Source: Candidatus Multivoradales bacterium
Lineage (GTDB): Bacteria; Acidobacteriota; Thermoanaerobaculia; Multivoradales; JAHEKO01
DNA: 64,000 nucleotides
Assembly: GCA_965223855.1 (NCBI GenBank)
Contig: CBDCXM010000009.1
Location: 1,952,001-2,016,000, forward strand
Direction: 5' to 3'
The translations under genes and the position numbers were made by a program. This document shows positions 9,306-20,455 of the stretch, piece by piece; position 1 is the stretch's first letter, and every line of letters starts with the position of its first letter. A model generated the notes under the pieces. That model saw only the letters and a list, made by a program, of their open reading frames with translations. It had not been told where the DNA came from and searched no databases.

Positions 9306-10201
9306 CCGCGCAGACCTTCCCGGAGTTCGCACAGCGGTGGCGGCCCGAGGTCGATCGCGCTCTCGACCGCCTGCTGCCCGCCGCCACCGAAACACCGGTG
9401 AGGTTGCACGAGGCGATGCGCTACTGCGTGCTGGGCGGCGGCAAGAGGGTGCGGCCGCTCCTGGTGCTGATGGCCGGCGAGACGTTCGGCGCGCAGTCCG
9501 CCGCCTCGCTGGCGGGCGGCGCCGCGCTCGAGATGGTGCACTGCTTCAGCCTGGTGCACGACGATCTCCCGGCGCTCGACGACGACGATCTGCGGCGCGG
9601 TCGCGAGACCGTGCATCGGCGCTACGACGAGGCGACCGCGGTGCTGGTGGGGGACGCGCTGCTGAATCTCGGCCTCCAGGTCTTCCTCGAGGAACCTCCC
9701 GAGTTGTCGCCGGAGGTGCGCTCCCGGTCGGCAGCGCTGGCGATGGAGGCGATCGGCACCCGCGGGATGATCGGCGGGCAGATGTCCGATCTCGAAGCGG
9801 AGCGCCGGTGGCCGGACGACCCGATGGCGGCGCTCGAGTCGATTCACGCCCGCAAGACCGGAGCACTGCTGAGGGCGGCGCTTCGCATCGGCGGAGCCTA
9901 CGGCGCCGCGGGAGCGGAGGAGGACGAGACGCTCGGGACTCTCGGAGACCGGATCGGCCTGCTGTTCCAGATCCGCGACGACATCCTCGACGTCGAGGGA
10001 GCGTCTGAGGTGCTGGGGAAAACGGCGGGGAAGGACTCCCGAGCGCGTAAGCTGACCTACCCGTCGCTCGTCGGCCTCGACCGAAGCCGCCAGATCCTCA
10101 CGGAGGTCCGGGACGAGGCGTTGGAGGCGATCGCGCGATTGCCGCGCCATCGCGACGTCTTCAGGAGTCTCGTCTCCTACCTGTGCGACCGCGATCGATG
10201 A
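9302..10201 (+). CDS. ispA: Polyprenyl (farnesyl/geranylgeranyl) diphosphate synthase
   Basis: [41 protein letters not shown]; GTGA overlap with upstream gene. Confidence 0.9.
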   Translation: MTAQTFPEFAQRWRPEVDRALDRLLPAATETPVRLHEAMRYCVLGGGKRVRPLLVLMAGETFGAQSAASLAGGAALEMVHCFSLVHDDLPALDDDDLRRGRETVHRRYDEATAVLVGDALLNLGLQVFLEEPPELSPEVRSRSAALAMEAIGTRGMIGGQMSDLEAERRWPDDPMAALESIHARKTGALLRAALRIGGAYGAAGAEEDETLGTLGDRIGLLFQIRDDILDVEGASEVLGKTAGKDSRARKLTYPSLVGLDRSRQILTEVRDEALEAIARLPRHRDVFRSLVSYLCDRDR

Positions 10202-10926
10202 CGCGGCTCGATCAGCTGCTGGTCGAGCGCGGAGACTCTCCCTCGAGAGAGAAAGCCAAGCGCACCATCATGGCTGGCCAGGTCGAGGTGGCTGGGCGCG
10301 TGATCGACAAGCCGGGCGCCGACGTGGCGGCCGACGCCGAGATCGAGGTGCAGGGTCCCGCCGAGCCGTTCGTCTCGCGGGGAGGGCGCAAGCTGGAGCA
10401 CGCTCTGGAGAGGTTCGCCGTCGATGTGGCCGGTCTCGTGGCGATCGACGTCGGCGCTTCGACCGGCGGTTTCACCGACTGCCTGTTGCAGCGAGGGGCG
10501 AGCCGTGTTTACGCTCTCGACGTCGGCTACGGGCAGCTCGACTACGGGCTGCGGCAGGACCCGAGAGTGATCGTCATGGAGCGGACCAACGCGCGCTACC
10601 TCACCGGCGACGAGATTCCCGAGCAGGTCGATCTCGCGACCTTCGACGTCTCCTTCATCTCACTCGAGAAGGTGGTGCCGCCCGTGCTCCCGATCCTGCG
10701 GTCGGGCGGCAGCGTCGTCGCCCTCGTGAAGCCGCAGTTCGAGGCGGGCCGGGAGCGGGTCGGCAAGGGGGGCGTGGTCCGCGACGATGCCGTCCGCACG
10801 GAGGTGGTCGAGGGATGCTGCGATTCGCTGGAGAAACTCGGGCTGGTGCGGCGCGGCCTGTGCGATTCCCCGATTCGGGGGGCGCGTGGAAACCTCGAGG
10901 CACTGGCGGTGTTCACGAAGCCGTGA
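10198..10926 (+). CDS. tlyA: TlyA family rRNA 2'-O-methyltransferase
   Basis: S4 domain [41 protein letters not shown]. Confidence 0.95.
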   Translation: MTRLDQLLVERGDSPSREKAKRTIMAGQVEVAGRVIDKPGADVAADAEIEVQGPAEPFVSRGGRKLEHALERFAVDVAGLVAIDVGASTGGFTDCLLQRGASRVYALDVGYGQLDYGLRQDPRVIVMERTNARYLTGDEIPEQVDLATFDVSFISLEKVVPPVLPILRSGGSVVALVKPQFEAGRERVGKGGVVRDDAVRTEVVEGCCDSLEKLGLVRRGLCDSPIRGARGNLEALAVFTKP

Positions 10927-10942
10927 GCGGGGAGAACGTGGG

Positions 10943-11773
10943 TTGAGCGTTTTCGAGCAGATTGCCGTCGTCGCCAAGCGCGACAGTGCGACCGCGGAGC
11001 AGACCGCCCGCGAGGTGGTCCAGTGGATCGAACGTCGCGACGGTCGGGCGGTGCTCGTCGAGTCGGTCGAGGAGATCTCGAAACAGGAGCCGCGGGCCGA
11101 CCTGGTGATCGTGCTCGGCGGAGACGGCACGCTGCTGGCAGCCGCTCGCAGCCTAGAGGCGCCGCTGCCGATCCTCGGGGTCAATCTCGGCCGCCTGGGC
11201 TTCCTCACCGAGATCGGCAGGCACGAGCTCTACCCGACGCTCGTCGAGGTTCTCGCCGGCCGCTATGCGGTCGAAGAGCGCTCGCTGATGGAGCTCGAGC
11301 TGCGGCGCGCCAATGGAGCCGTGGAGTCGTTTCGCCTCTTCAACGACGCCGTCGTCGCCAAGAGCGCCCTGTCGCGGATCATCGAGCTCACGCTGTCGGT
11401 GGACGACGAGCTCGTCGCGACCTACCGCTCGGACGGACTGATCATCTCCACGCCTACCGGATCGACCGCCTACAACCTCTCGGCAGGCGGTCCGATCGTT
11501 CACCCGACGCTGCCGGTGGCGGTGCTGACACCGATCTGCCCGCATACGCTGTCGCTGCGTCCGATCGTCGTCCCCGACAGCAGTACGGTCGAGGTCGTGC
11601 TCGACACCGAGCGCGAGGAGGTCTTCCTGACGATCGACGGCCAGGAGGGGACGCAGCTCGGCTACCGCGACACGCTGCGGCTGCGCCGGGCGGAGCTCGT
11701 CGTCCGTCTGGTCAAGGTGAGCGGCCGGTCCTTCTACGACAGCCTGCGACACAAGCTGCACTGGGGAGAGTAG
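10943..11773 (+). CDS. nadK: NAD(+)/NADH kinase
   Basis: [44 protein letters not shown]; probable TTG start 10943. Confidence 0.95.
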   Translation: MSVFEQIAVVAKRDSATAEQTAREVVQWIERRDGRAVLVESVEEISKQEPRADLVIVLGGDGTLLAAARSLEAPLPILGVNLGRLGFLTEIGRHELYPTLVEVLAGRYAVEERSLMELELRRANGAVESFRLFNDAVVAKSALSRIIELTLSVDDELVATYRSDGLIISTPTGSTAYNLSAGGPIVHPTLPVAVLTPICPHTLSLRPIVVPDSSTVEVVLDTEREEVFLTIDGQEGTQLGYRDTLRLRRAELVVRLVKVSGRSFYDSLRHKLHWGE

Positions 11774-14700
11774 GTGGCGGGCAACCGCGAGCCGGGGCGC
11801 GCGCGACGACTGGCCTCGTGGCTCGCGGCGGTCGTCGCCGTCGCCGTGTTGGCGCTCTGGCTCGCCGCGGCCACGGCGGGCGGCTGGCTGCGTGACGATG
11901 TCGAAGGGTGGCTTGGCGAGCGCCTCGGAGCGACCGTCACTCTCGAGGAGATGGACCTCGGGCTCCTCCCGCCCTCCGTCACGGTGCGCGGGGTTTCGTT
12001 GCTCGCCGACGGTCATGCGACTCCTGTTCTCGTTGCCGACTCGATCTCGATCGACGGACGCTGGAGCGAGCTCTTCGGTGAACGCCGGGTGCGATCGATC
12101 GAAGTGGTGCGGCCGCGCGTCGAGATCGTCATCGCCGAGGACGGAGGCGACAACATCCCTCGCTGGGCCTCGACCGGGGAGGGCGGCGGCGGGATCGCCC
12201 TCGACTCCGTTCGCATCGTCGAGGGGGAGGCTCATTTCGCCGAGCAGCGAGTCGCCCTCGATCTCCTCCTCCGCCGCCTGCGCCTCCAGGGCGGGGGACA
12301 CACGAAGGACGGGCTCAATGCCTCCCTCGACGCCGCCGAACTGGTCGCCGAGCTGCCCAACGGAGCGACATACCTGGGCGCCCTTTCCGTGCGAGGCCGA
12401 TGGGCCGACGGCAGGCTCACCCTCGGCACCGGCCGTCTGTCCGGCCCGCAGCTCGCCGTCGATCTGAGGGCGGGCTTCCTCGATGTCGCCGAGCGCGAGT
12501 GGCGCGTCGAACTCGCCGCCTCCGGTGACTCGAAGACGCTGGCGAGCCTCGGCCTCGACCCGGGCGAGCTGCGGCTCGACTGGGCGTTCGACGGGGCGGT
12601 CTCGGGCCGGACCGGAGCCGAGCCTCCGTGGGCGGTGATCGGGACGGTCACCTCGCCGCGGCTCGAGATGGCGCCGATTCGCATCGACGGCGTCGAGGCG
12701 GCGCTGCGGGTCGATCCATCGACCGTGGCACTCGACGAGATCGACGGCACTCTGGCCGACGGGGCGCTTTCCGGGCGCCTCGAGATCGACCTCACCTCCG
12801 AGCTGCGCCCGGGGAGGGCGACCCTGAACGTGGTCGAAGGTGATCTCCAGGCGCTGCTGACGCAGACGGGTCCGGAGCTGCCTTCGGTGCGCGGGAGCTG
12901 GAGCCTCGACGGCAGCTATGACTTCGAGTCCGGAAATGCCCTCGAGGGGGCCGGTTCGGCGGTCGCGCGGCTGGCGCTGAGCGACGACCGTGGGCGGATC
13001 ACCTGGCGCCGCCGCCTGGCGATCGGCCTGCGAGGCGGAAGGGTCGAGTTCTCGTCGCGGGCACCGGCTGCGGGACGCCCTTCCGCACCGGCGGACTCAG
13101 GCTCCGCGAACTCGGGCTCGGCAGTCGCGGGCGTGGCGGACGGCGGTGAGCGGCTGGCCGTGCGTGGATCGTACGACCTCCTGGCTGGGCGTGGCGAGAT
13201 CGACTACGAGCTGGCGACCGAGAAGCTCTCCTCCTGGCTCGAGCTCCTGGTCGATCCGACTCCGGAGACGGCGAAGTGGCTGCCAGCCGGGGGAACCGCC
13301 AATCTCAGTGGACGCCTCGAGCTCGGGAGCGACTTCTGGAGCACGAGGGTCGAGATCGATCAGTTCGACGGCCGCGTAGGAACCCTCGAGACGTCGCGTC
13401 TCGGCGGTGCATTGACGGTCTCCGACTCCGGCGTCCGCGATCTGAGGCTCGACCTGTCACGGGCGCGAGGCGCCCTCGGAGTGAGCGGCTCCTACCTCTT
13501 TGCGACGCCGCGCCGTGCCGACGCACTCGATCTGAGAGTGGCGGTGGACGGCTGGCCGACGAGCGAGATCCTCGACCAGCTCGAGGTGGCGATCGACGTC
13601 GACGGAGACCTCACCGGCGTCGCCCGGATTCGCGGGCCGCTCGAGGCCCTCGAGGGACGCTTCGAACTGGCGAGCGACGAAGGTGGAGTAGCGGGTGTGC
13701 CGTTTTCACAGGTGCGCGCGCTCCTCGAGCTCGATCCGGCCCGCCTGACGGTCGAAGAGGCGACGGCGTCGCTCGCCGGCGGCGACCTCGAAGCCTCGGG
13801 GTGGTGGGCACTCGACGCCTCCGAAGCCGACTACAGCGTCCGCGCGACGGCGATCGATCTCACGGACCCGTCCCTCGTAGACTTCGTTCCTGAGGGACTG
13901 ACCGGCACGCTCGACGGCGACCTGCGCCAGTCCGGGCCTCTCGAGCGTCCGACGATCGAGTTCGACGTCGGGTCGCGAGATCTCGGCTTCCAGGGGCTGG
14001 CGGCGACCGAGGAGGCCCCGGCGCGGTTGACGGGGCGCCTCGCCGACGGCGAGGCACAGGTAGAGGGCGCCTTCGAGGGGCTCCTGTCGTGGAAGGGAGG
14101 AGGGGCTCTGGCCGAATCGATCGATCTCGCGATCGGGTTCGAGACCGCAGCACTGGGCGAGCTGGCGACCTCGGTGCTGGGCTTCGAGCCCGGTCTGCTC
14201 TCCGGTCGCACCGACGGCGTGCTCAGAGTGACCGGCAACCGGGGTGAGACCCTCGCGATCGCGGTCGAGCTGCCGACGCTCGTGATCGTCTCCGGCCAGC
14301 GGACGCTGCGAGCCCTCGAACCGGTGAAGGCGCGGTGGGAAGAAGACGGCATTGCCGTCGAGTCCCTGTTCCTCGGGCAGGACGGGACCGCCAGCGAGAT
14401 CTTCTTCGCCGGGCGAGTGCCGGTGGCACCGGGGCAGTCTCTCGACCTCGTCTCGCAGATGTCGATCGACACCGGTTGGCTCGAGCTGGCGCTTCCCGGG
14501 TGGGACTTCGAAGAGGGCGTCGTCGACGCCCTGGCGTCGATCGGCGGTACCTGGGAGCAGCCACTTGTGAACGGCCAGGGACAGTTGAAGCAGCGGCGCA
14601 TCGTGGCGCCGGGCGTCCCGCAGGCACTGAGGCAGGTGGAGGCGGCGTTTCTCTTCTACCCGGGGTCGGTCGTGCTGGACGAAAGCTCGTTCGGGTTTGC

Positions 14701-15727
14701 CGGCGGCTCGGTGCGCACCGCCGGCGAGGTCAAGCTCTACGGCGAGGGCGGCCTCGAGTACCGCTTCCAGGTAGCCGGCGACGAACTGCAACTGCGCTAC
14801 CCGGAGGGATGGCAGCTCCGGCTCGGCGCCGACCTGACCGTCACTTCGGAAGCCGGCGGGCGCCAGTTGAGGGGGACGGTCGACGTCGAGCGGGCGCTCT
14901 ACTCCGCCGACGTGCCGATCGGGCTGACGCAACTGCTCCAGCAGGCCTTCTCCCGTCGGCCGGCGGTGGTGGAGGAGACCGACGAGCTGCTGGCCTCGAC
15001 CCACCTCAACCTCGCGATCGACGGTCCGGGAGCGCTGAGGGTGCGCAACAACGTCGCCGACCTGAGGGGAGACCTCGACCTCACGGTTCGGGGGACGCTC
15101 GCCAGGCCGATCGTCTTCGGTGACGTAGCGGTCGAGAGCGGTGGCACGCTCGTCTACTCGGGCAACGAGTACGACGTCCGTCGCGCCGAGCTGGCGTTCG
15201 CCAACCCCTACCGGATCGAGCCGGTGATCGATCTGGAAGCGACGACCCGCCTTCAGGAGTACGACATCACCCTGAACCTGGCGGGGACTCTCGAGCGGCT
15301 CGACGTCACATTCGCTTCGAATCCGCCTCTGCCGAACCTCGACGTGCTGTCTCTCCTGGCGGGTGGGGAGGCGATCGAGACGTCCGCTTCGCGCAACGAG
15401 GGGCAGGCGGGGTCGGGGGCGCAGGCGTTTCTCTACGGCCAGGCGGCGTCGGCGGTGGCGAACCGGGTGAATCGTCTCTTCGGTCTCGACAAGTTCCGCA
15501 TCGATCCGCTCACCGGCGAGTCGGGTAGCCTCACCTCGGCACGGGTGACCGTCGGCAAGCGGCTTTCGAGCGACGTCTTTGCCACCTACTCGTACGACCC
15601 GTCGCAGAACGCCCAGCAGATCCTGCAGGTCGAGTGGACGGTGAGCCGCCTGCTGACCCTGGTCGCCACGCAGAACGGTGACGGAACCTATGCGATCGAC
15701 GCCCGCTGGGAGCGGTCGTTCCAATGA
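11774..15727 (+). CDS. tamB: Translocation and assembly module TamB (AsmA-like/DUF490) protein
   Basis: 1317 aa; N-terminal TM anchor, beta-rich repeats, C-terminal DUF490-like end (TVGKRLS); adjacent to an Omp85 gene. Confidence 0.8.
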   Translation: MAGNREPGRARRLASWLAAVVAVAVLALWLAAATAGGWLRDDVEGWLGERLGATVTLEEMDLGLLPPSVTVRGVSLLADGHATPVLVADSISIDGRWSELFGERRVRSIEVVRPRVEIVIAEDGGDNIPRWASTGEGGGGIALDSVRIVEGEAHFAEQRVALDLLLRRLRLQGGGHTKDGLNASLDAAELVAELPNGATYLGALSVRGRWADGRLTLGTGRLSGPQLAVDLRAGFLDVAEREWRVELAASGDSKTLASLGLDPGELRLDWAFDGAVSGRTGAEPPWAVIGTVTSPRLEMAPIRIDGVEAALRVDPSTVALDEIDGTLADGALSGRLEIDLTSELRPGRATLNVVEGDLQALLTQTGPELPSVRGSWSLDGSYDFESGNALEGAGSAVARLALSDDRGRITWRRRLAIGLRGGRVEFSSRAPAAGRPSAPADSGSANSGSAVAGVADGGERLAVRGSYDLLAGRGEIDYELATEKLSSWLELLVDPTPETAKWLPAGGTANLSGRLELGSDFWSTRVEIDQFDGRVGTLETSRLGGALTVSDSGVRDLRLDLSRARGALGVSGSYLFATPRRADALDLRVAVDGWPTSEILDQLEVAIDVDGDLTGVARIRGPLEALEGRFELASDEGGVAGVPFSQVRALLELDPARLTVEEATASLAGGDLEASGWWALDASEADYSVRATAIDLTDPSLVDFVPEGLTGTLDGDLRQSGPLERPTIEFDVGSRDLGFQGLAATEEAPARLTGRLADGEAQVEGAFEGLLSWKGGGALAESIDLAIGFETAALGELATSVLGFEPGLLSGRTDGVLRVTGNRGETLAIAVELPTLVIVSGQRTLRALEPVKARWEEDGIAVESLFLGQDGTASEIFFAGRVPVAPGQSLDLVSQMSIDTGWLELALPGWDFEEGVVDALASIGGTWEQPLVNGQGQLKQRRIVAPGVPQALRQVEAAFLFYPGSVVLDESSFGFAGGSVRTAGEVKLYGEGGLEYRFQVAGDELQLRYPEGWQLRLGADLTVTSEAGGRQLRGTVDVERALYSADVPIGLTQLLQQAFSRRPAVVEETDELLASTHLNLAIDGPGALRVRNNVADLRGDLDLTVRGTLARPIVFGDVAVESGGTLVYSGNEYDVRRAELAFANPYRIEPVIDLEATTRLQEYDITLNLAGTLERLDVTFASNPPLPNLDVLSLLAGGEAIETSASRNEGQAGSGAQAFLYGQAASAVANRVNRLFGLDKFRIDPLTGESGSLTSARVTVGKRLSSDVFATYSYDPSQNAQQILQVEWTVSRLLTLVATQNGDGTYAIDARWERSFQ

Positions 15728-18519
15728 AGAGCCGGCGAGGGGCGGCGATGCCCTGGCTCCTGGCGTGTCTCCTCGGCGCCTTGCCGGCGGCGACAGCCGC
15801 GGTGACGGTCACCGCAGTCGAAGTCCGGTGCGACGTTCCGGTGCCGCTCGAGGAGAGCCTGATCGACTGGGTGACCGTGGAAGTAGGCGATCCGCTCGAC
15901 AGCGAAGCGGTGGCGGCTTCACTCCGCAGCCTTCACGCGGCGGGGGTCGCCTCTCAGATCGATGCCTACACCGAGCCCCACCTCGATGGGGTGCGGCTGA
16001 TCTTCGGCCTGCGGGCGAGGGTGTTGATCGAGGACGTGCAGTGGGTCGGAGACCTCGGCACCGACCTGTGGCGGCTGCGCGACGCGACGCCGATCGGAGT
16101 CGGCGATCCGTTCCTCGCCGACGGGGTGTTCCGGGCGGTCTACGCGCTGCAGGATCTGATGGAAGCGGAGGGATTCCTCGATGCCAGCGTGAGAGTGGAG
16201 GTCGATCAGGCCGAGGCTCGCAAGCGGGCGACCGTGCGGTTCCGGTTCGACAGCGGGCCTCCCTCGACGGTCGGTGAGGTGGGTTTCGCCGGCGAGTTTG
16301 GAGGGCTGGCGCCCGACGAGCTCCGGCGGCCCCTCAGAATGCGGCGCGACGAGCGCTACCGCCGCAGGGTCGCGCGGGACGACGCCGATCGGCTGGAGGA
16401 GTGGCTGGTGCGCAAGGGGTTCCGGCAGGCGAGGGTCCAGCCTCCACAGGAGCGGCGCGACGGCGAAGCACGGGTCGACCTCGTCTTCCCGCTCGAACTC
16501 GGGCCGAAGTTCGAGGTGGTGGCGGCGGGCGACGCCAAGCGTCTCGAGAAGGAGAAGCTGCTGCCGCTCAAGGACGAAGAGCGCTACGACGACGTCACCG
16601 TGAGCGAGGCGACGAGGGCTCTCGAGATCGCCTACCAGCAGCGCGGCTTCTACGAGGCGCAGGTGGAAATTCGCGAGGAGCCGGGAGACGAGCTCCATCG
16701 CCTGATCGTCGACGTGGCGCCCGGCCCGCGGTTCGAACTCCGCAGGATCCGCTTCGAGGGCAACGCGTCGCTGCCGCGGGATCGGTTGCTCGCCGTGATG
16801 CAGAACGCCGAGGGGCGGCTGCTCGACCTCGGAGCGGGCAGACTGGTCGACGCCTGGCTCGAGAACGACCTCAAGTCGCTGCGAGCCCTCTACGCGCTCG
16901 AGGGCTTTTCCCGAGTCCGCGTCGGACCGGCGGAGATCGTGAAGTCGGGCCTGGAACTCGAAGTGACGATCCCCGTCGAAGAGGGGCCGAGGTCCCTCGT
17001 CGCCGAGCTCGAGTTCGTCGGCGCCGAGGCGATCCCGGCCGCGGAGCTGCTCGACGGCCTGGTGCTCGCCGAAGGGGGGCCGTACCATCCGCGGCTCGAG
17101 GAGGAAGCGCTCGATCAGGTCCGGGCGCGCTACGAGGCCGCCGGCTACGACCAGGCGCGCGTGCGCTCGGAGAGAGCGTCGGCCGCCGAGGGGACCCTCG
17201 TGAGCCTCTCGTTCGAGATCGCCGAGGGGCCGCAGAGCGTCGTCGAGCGGGTGGTGGTGCGCGGGCGCCAGCGAACCCGGCCGCAGGTGCTCGCCCGGGT
17301 GATCGACCTTCCGCCGGGAACGCCGCTCTCGCGGGCGCGGCTGCTGGAGCTGGAGCGGCGCCTCTACGGCATGGGAGTTTTCTCCCGGGTCGACGTCGGG
17401 CTCGTGCCGGGAACCCCGTACAGCTCCGGCCGCGACGTCAAGATCGAGGTTCGAGAGGGCAAGAGCCAGCGCCTCACCTACGGCTTCGGCTACGACTCGG
17501 AAGACGGAATCCGCGGACTCTTCGGCTACTCGCACGCCAACCTGTGGGGCCGCGCGATGTCGGGACGGATCGACCTCAGGATCAGCAGTCGCGACCGCCA
17601 GGCGCGCGCCCTGCTGCGCCAGCCGTACCTGGGGCGTTTCCGCCTGCCGACGACCTACTCGCTGTTCAGCATCGAGGAAGAGGAGCCGAGCTTCCGCTCG
17701 CGCCGCAACGGTGCCCAGTTCGAGATCGAGCGCTTCGCCGGCGATGCGCGCTGGAGCCTGTTGGCGACCTATCGAAGGGTCGAGATCGCCGATGCCGACC
17801 CGGCGCTCGAGACTCTCCTCGTCGATCGCCGTTTCCAGGAGGTGACGATCACCAGCGTCTCACCCAGTCTGACGATCGACCGGCGAGACGATGCCGTAGA
17901 CCCGACGCGCGGCTGGACCGCTACCGGCCTCTTCGAGTACGCCTTCCCCTCCCTCGACGCGGACGAGGAGTACGGCAGGCTGTTCGTCCAGCACACGCGC
18001 TACCTGCCTCTGGGGAGGTTCGGCGTCGTGGCGGGAAGTGCTCGCGCCGGGCTGCTGGAGCCGCTCGGCAACGAGGACCAGATCGATCCGGTGTGCGCGG
18101 AGTTCGGACTCGACTCGCCGTCGTGCCGGATCAAGATCTCCGAGCGCTTCTTCGCCGGCGGGCGCACCACCCACCGTGCCTACCGCCGCGACCGGCTCGG
18201 TGTCTTCGGCGAGACCCTCCTGGTGGTCGGTGACGACGAGGCGCCGGTGCCGTTCGGCGGCACCGGGCTGGCGCTGGTCAACCTCGACTACCGGTTCCCG
18301 ATCGGTGGCGGAGTCGGCGGGACGCTCTTCGTCGATGCCGGCAACCTGTGGGGCGACTGGCGGGACGCCAGCGCCTCCGACCTCAAGGCCGGCGCAGGCG
18401 TCGGTGTGCGCTACGCATCACCGATCGGGCCGGTGCGGCTCGAGATCGGCTGGAAGCTCGACCGGGCGCCCGGCGAGGATCCCTACGTGGTGCTCTTCAG
18501 CTTCGGCAACCCGTTCTGA
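15724..18519 (+). CDS. Omp85 family outer-membrane protein (TamA/BamA-like) with POTRA domains
   Basis: POTRA-like repeats, ERFFAGG, GVRYASPIGPVRLEIG, terminal F. Confidence 0.9.
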   Translation: MKSRRGAAMPWLLACLLGALPAATAAVTVTAVEVRCDVPVPLEESLIDWVTVEVGDPLDSEAVAASLRSLHAAGVASQIDAYTEPHLDGVRLIFGLRARVLIEDVQWVGDLGTDLWRLRDATPIGVGDPFLADGVFRAVYALQDLMEAEGFLDASVRVEVDQAEARKRATVRFRFDSGPPSTVGEVGFAGEFGGLAPDELRRPLRMRRDERYRRRVARDDADRLEEWLVRKGFRQARVQPPQERRDGEARVDLVFPLELGPKFEVVAAGDAKRLEKEKLLPLKDEERYDDVTVSEATRALEIAYQQRGFYEAQVEIREEPGDELHRLIVDVAPGPRFELRRIRFEGNASLPRDRLLAVMQNAEGRLLDLGAGRLVDAWLENDLKSLRALYALEGFSRVRVGPAEIVKSGLELEVTIPVEEGPRSLVAELEFVGAEAIPAAELLDGLVLAEGGPYHPRLEEEALDQVRARYEAAGYDQARVRSERASAAEGTLVSLSFEIAEGPQSVVERVVVRGRQRTRPQVLARVIDLPPGTPLSRARLLELERRLYGMGVFSRVDVGLVPGTPYSSGRDVKIEVREGKSQRLTYGFGYDSEDGIRGLFGYSHANLWGRAMSGRIDLRISSRDRQARALLRQPYLGRFRLPTTYSLFSIEEEEPSFRSRRNGAQFEIERFAGDARWSLLATYRRVEIADADPALETLLVDRRFQEVTITSVSPSLTIDRRDDAVDPTRGWTATGLFEYAFPSLDADEEYGRLFVQHTRYLPLGRFGVVAGSARAGLLEPLGNEDQIDPVCAEFGLDSPSCRIKISERFFAGGRTTHRAYRRDRLGVFGETLLVVGDDEAPVPFGGTGLALVNLDYRFPIGGGVGGTLFVDAGNLWGDWRDASASDLKAGAGVGVRYASPIGPVRLEIGWKLDRAPGEDPYVVLFSFGNPF

Positions 18520-18691
18520 TCGGCCGGTCCTCTCCCGGGCTGCGAGACCCTCGGGCTGCCCCCTTTTCGCCGACGACCTGCTATCCTCCGCGCTCCGCGG
18601 GGCGTTCGCCCCAACCTCACCCGATCCAGGTCCGTCGCAGCCCGCCGATCCTCGGCCCGGCAGCGGGGGAGTTTCAAGGAGTTCCCACGAG

Positions 18692-20419
18692 ATGTCCGAT
18701 CGTTTGAATCCGCCGCACGGCGGTGTGTTGATCGATTTGATGCTGCCCGCCGACGAGCGGGAGGCACTGCAGACGGAGTCCGTCGACTGGCCGAGCTGGG
18801 ATCTGACCCCGCGCCAGATGTGCGACCTCGAGCTGCTGATGAACGGCGCGTTTTCGCCGCTGACCGGCTTCCTCACGCGCGAGGACTACGAGGCGGTTTG
18901 CGACGGAATGCGGCTCGCCGACGGCACGCTGTGGCCGCTGCCGATCACCCTCGATGTCCCGGCCGAAGTGGCCGAAGGACTGGAGATCGGTTCGAAGCTG
19001 GCGCTGCGCGACCCCGAGGGGGTGATGCTGGCGGCGATCGAGGTGGAGGACAAGTGGGAGATCGATCGCGAGTCCGAGGCCGAGCGGGTCTACGGCACGA
19101 CCGATCGCAAGCATCCCGCCGTCTCCTACCTGTTCGACCGTTCGAACCCGGTGGCGATCGGCGGCCGCGTGCTCGGTTTCGAGCTGCCGCACCACTACGA
19201 CTTCGTGGCGCTGCGCGCCGCGCCGGAGGATCTGCGCCGGCGCTTCGAGCGCCTCGGCTGGCGCCGGATCGTCGCCTTCCAGACCCGCAACCCGATGCAT
19301 CGGGCTCATTTCGAGCTGACGCTGCGCGCGGCGAAGGACGTCGAAGCCAACCTGCTGATCCACCCGGTCGTCGGCATGACCAAGCCGGGGGACGTCGATC
19401 ACTACACCCGCGTGCGCTGCTATCAGCGGTTGGTGAGGCGCTACCCGCGCAACACCGCGATGCTCGCGCTGCTGCCGCTGGCGATGCGGATGGGCGGTCC
19501 CCGCGAGGCGCTCTTTCACGCCATCCTGCGCAAGAACTACGGCTGCAGCCACCTGATCGTCGGCCGCGACCATGCCGGCCCGGGCAACGACTCGAACGGC
19601 GAGCCGTTCTACGGCCCCTACGACGCCCAGGAGCTGCTGCAGCAGCACGCCGAGGAACTCGGCATCGAGATGGTGCCGTTCCGGATGATGGTCTACGTCG
19701 AGGACCGCGACGCCTACTTCCCGGTCGACGATGTGCCCGAGGGGACTCGCACGCTCAACATCTCCGGCACCGAGCTCAGGCAGCGTCTCGCCGACGGCCG
19801 CGAGCTGCCGGAGTGGTTCACCTTCCCCGAAGTGGCGGAGGAGCTGCGCAAGACCCACCCGCCGCGTGGCAGGCAGGGCTTCACCGTCTTCTTCACCGGG
19901 CTGTCCGGTTCCGGCAAGTCGACGGTGGCGAACTCACTGCGGGTCAAGCTGCTCGAGATGGGGGGGCGGCCGGTGACGCTGCTCGATGGCGACGTCGTGC
20001 GCAAGAACCTCTCCTCCGAGCTCGGTTTCTCCAAGGAGCACCGCGACCTCAACATCAAGCGGATCGGCTTCGTCGCCTCCGAGATCACCAAGAACGGCGG
20101 CATTGCCATCTGCGCGCCGATCGCCCCCTACGCGCAGGTGCGCCAGGAGGTGCGCGAGCTGATCGAGCCGGGCGGCGGCTACATCCTGGTCCACGTCGCG
20201 ACGCCGATCGAGGTCTGCGAGCAGCGCGACCGCAAGGGGCTCTACGCCAAGGCGCGGGCGGGCATCATCCAGCAGTTCACCGGGATCTCCGACCCCTACG
20301 AGGTGCCGGAGGACGCCGACGTCGTGCTCGACACGACCGACCTGCACCCCGACGAGACCGCCCAGCAGATCATCCTCCACCTCGAGAGCGAGGGATACAT
20401 CGGCGCCCGGGAGGGATGA
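18692..20419 (+). CDS. sat/cysC: Bifunctional sulfate adenylyltransferase / adenylylsulfate kinase (Sat-CysC)
   Basis: AFQTRNPMHRAH, IVGRDHAGPG, then FTGLSGSGKST, LLDGD, RDRKGLY, FTGISDPYE; AAGGAG SD. Confidence 0.95.
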   Translation: MSDRLNPPHGGVLIDLMLPADEREALQTESVDWPSWDLTPRQMCDLELLMNGAFSPLTGFLTREDYEAVCDGMRLADGTLWPLPITLDVPAEVAEGLEIGSKLALRDPEGVMLAAIEVEDKWEIDRESEAERVYGTTDRKHPAVSYLFDRSNPVAIGGRVLGFELPHHYDFVALRAAPEDLRRRFERLGWRRIVAFQTRNPMHRAHFELTLRAAKDVEANLLIHPVVGMTKPGDVDHYTRVRCYQRLVRRYPRNTAMLALLPLAMRMGGPREALFHAILRKNYGCSHLIVGRDHAGPGNDSNGEPFYGPYDAQELLQQHAEELGIEMVPFRMMVYVEDRDAYFPVDDVPEGTRTLNISGTELRQRLADGRELPEWFTFPEVAEELRKTHPPRGRQGFTVFFTGLSGSGKSTVANSLRVKLLEMGGRPVTLLDGDVVRKNLSSELGFSKEHRDLNIKRIGFVASEITKNGGIAICAPIAPYAQVRQEVRELIEPGGGYILVHVATPIEVCEQRDRKGLYAKARAGIIQQFTGISDPYEVPEDADVVLDTTDLHPDETAQQIILHLESEGYIGAREG

Positions 20420-20455
20420 GCCTCGCCTGACAGCGATCCCGCCGACGGGCGCCCG

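Noticed and set aside
9302-11773. ispA-tlyA-nadK without dxs or recN
   Set aside because: Variation in this conserved neighbourhood is common and not informative alone.
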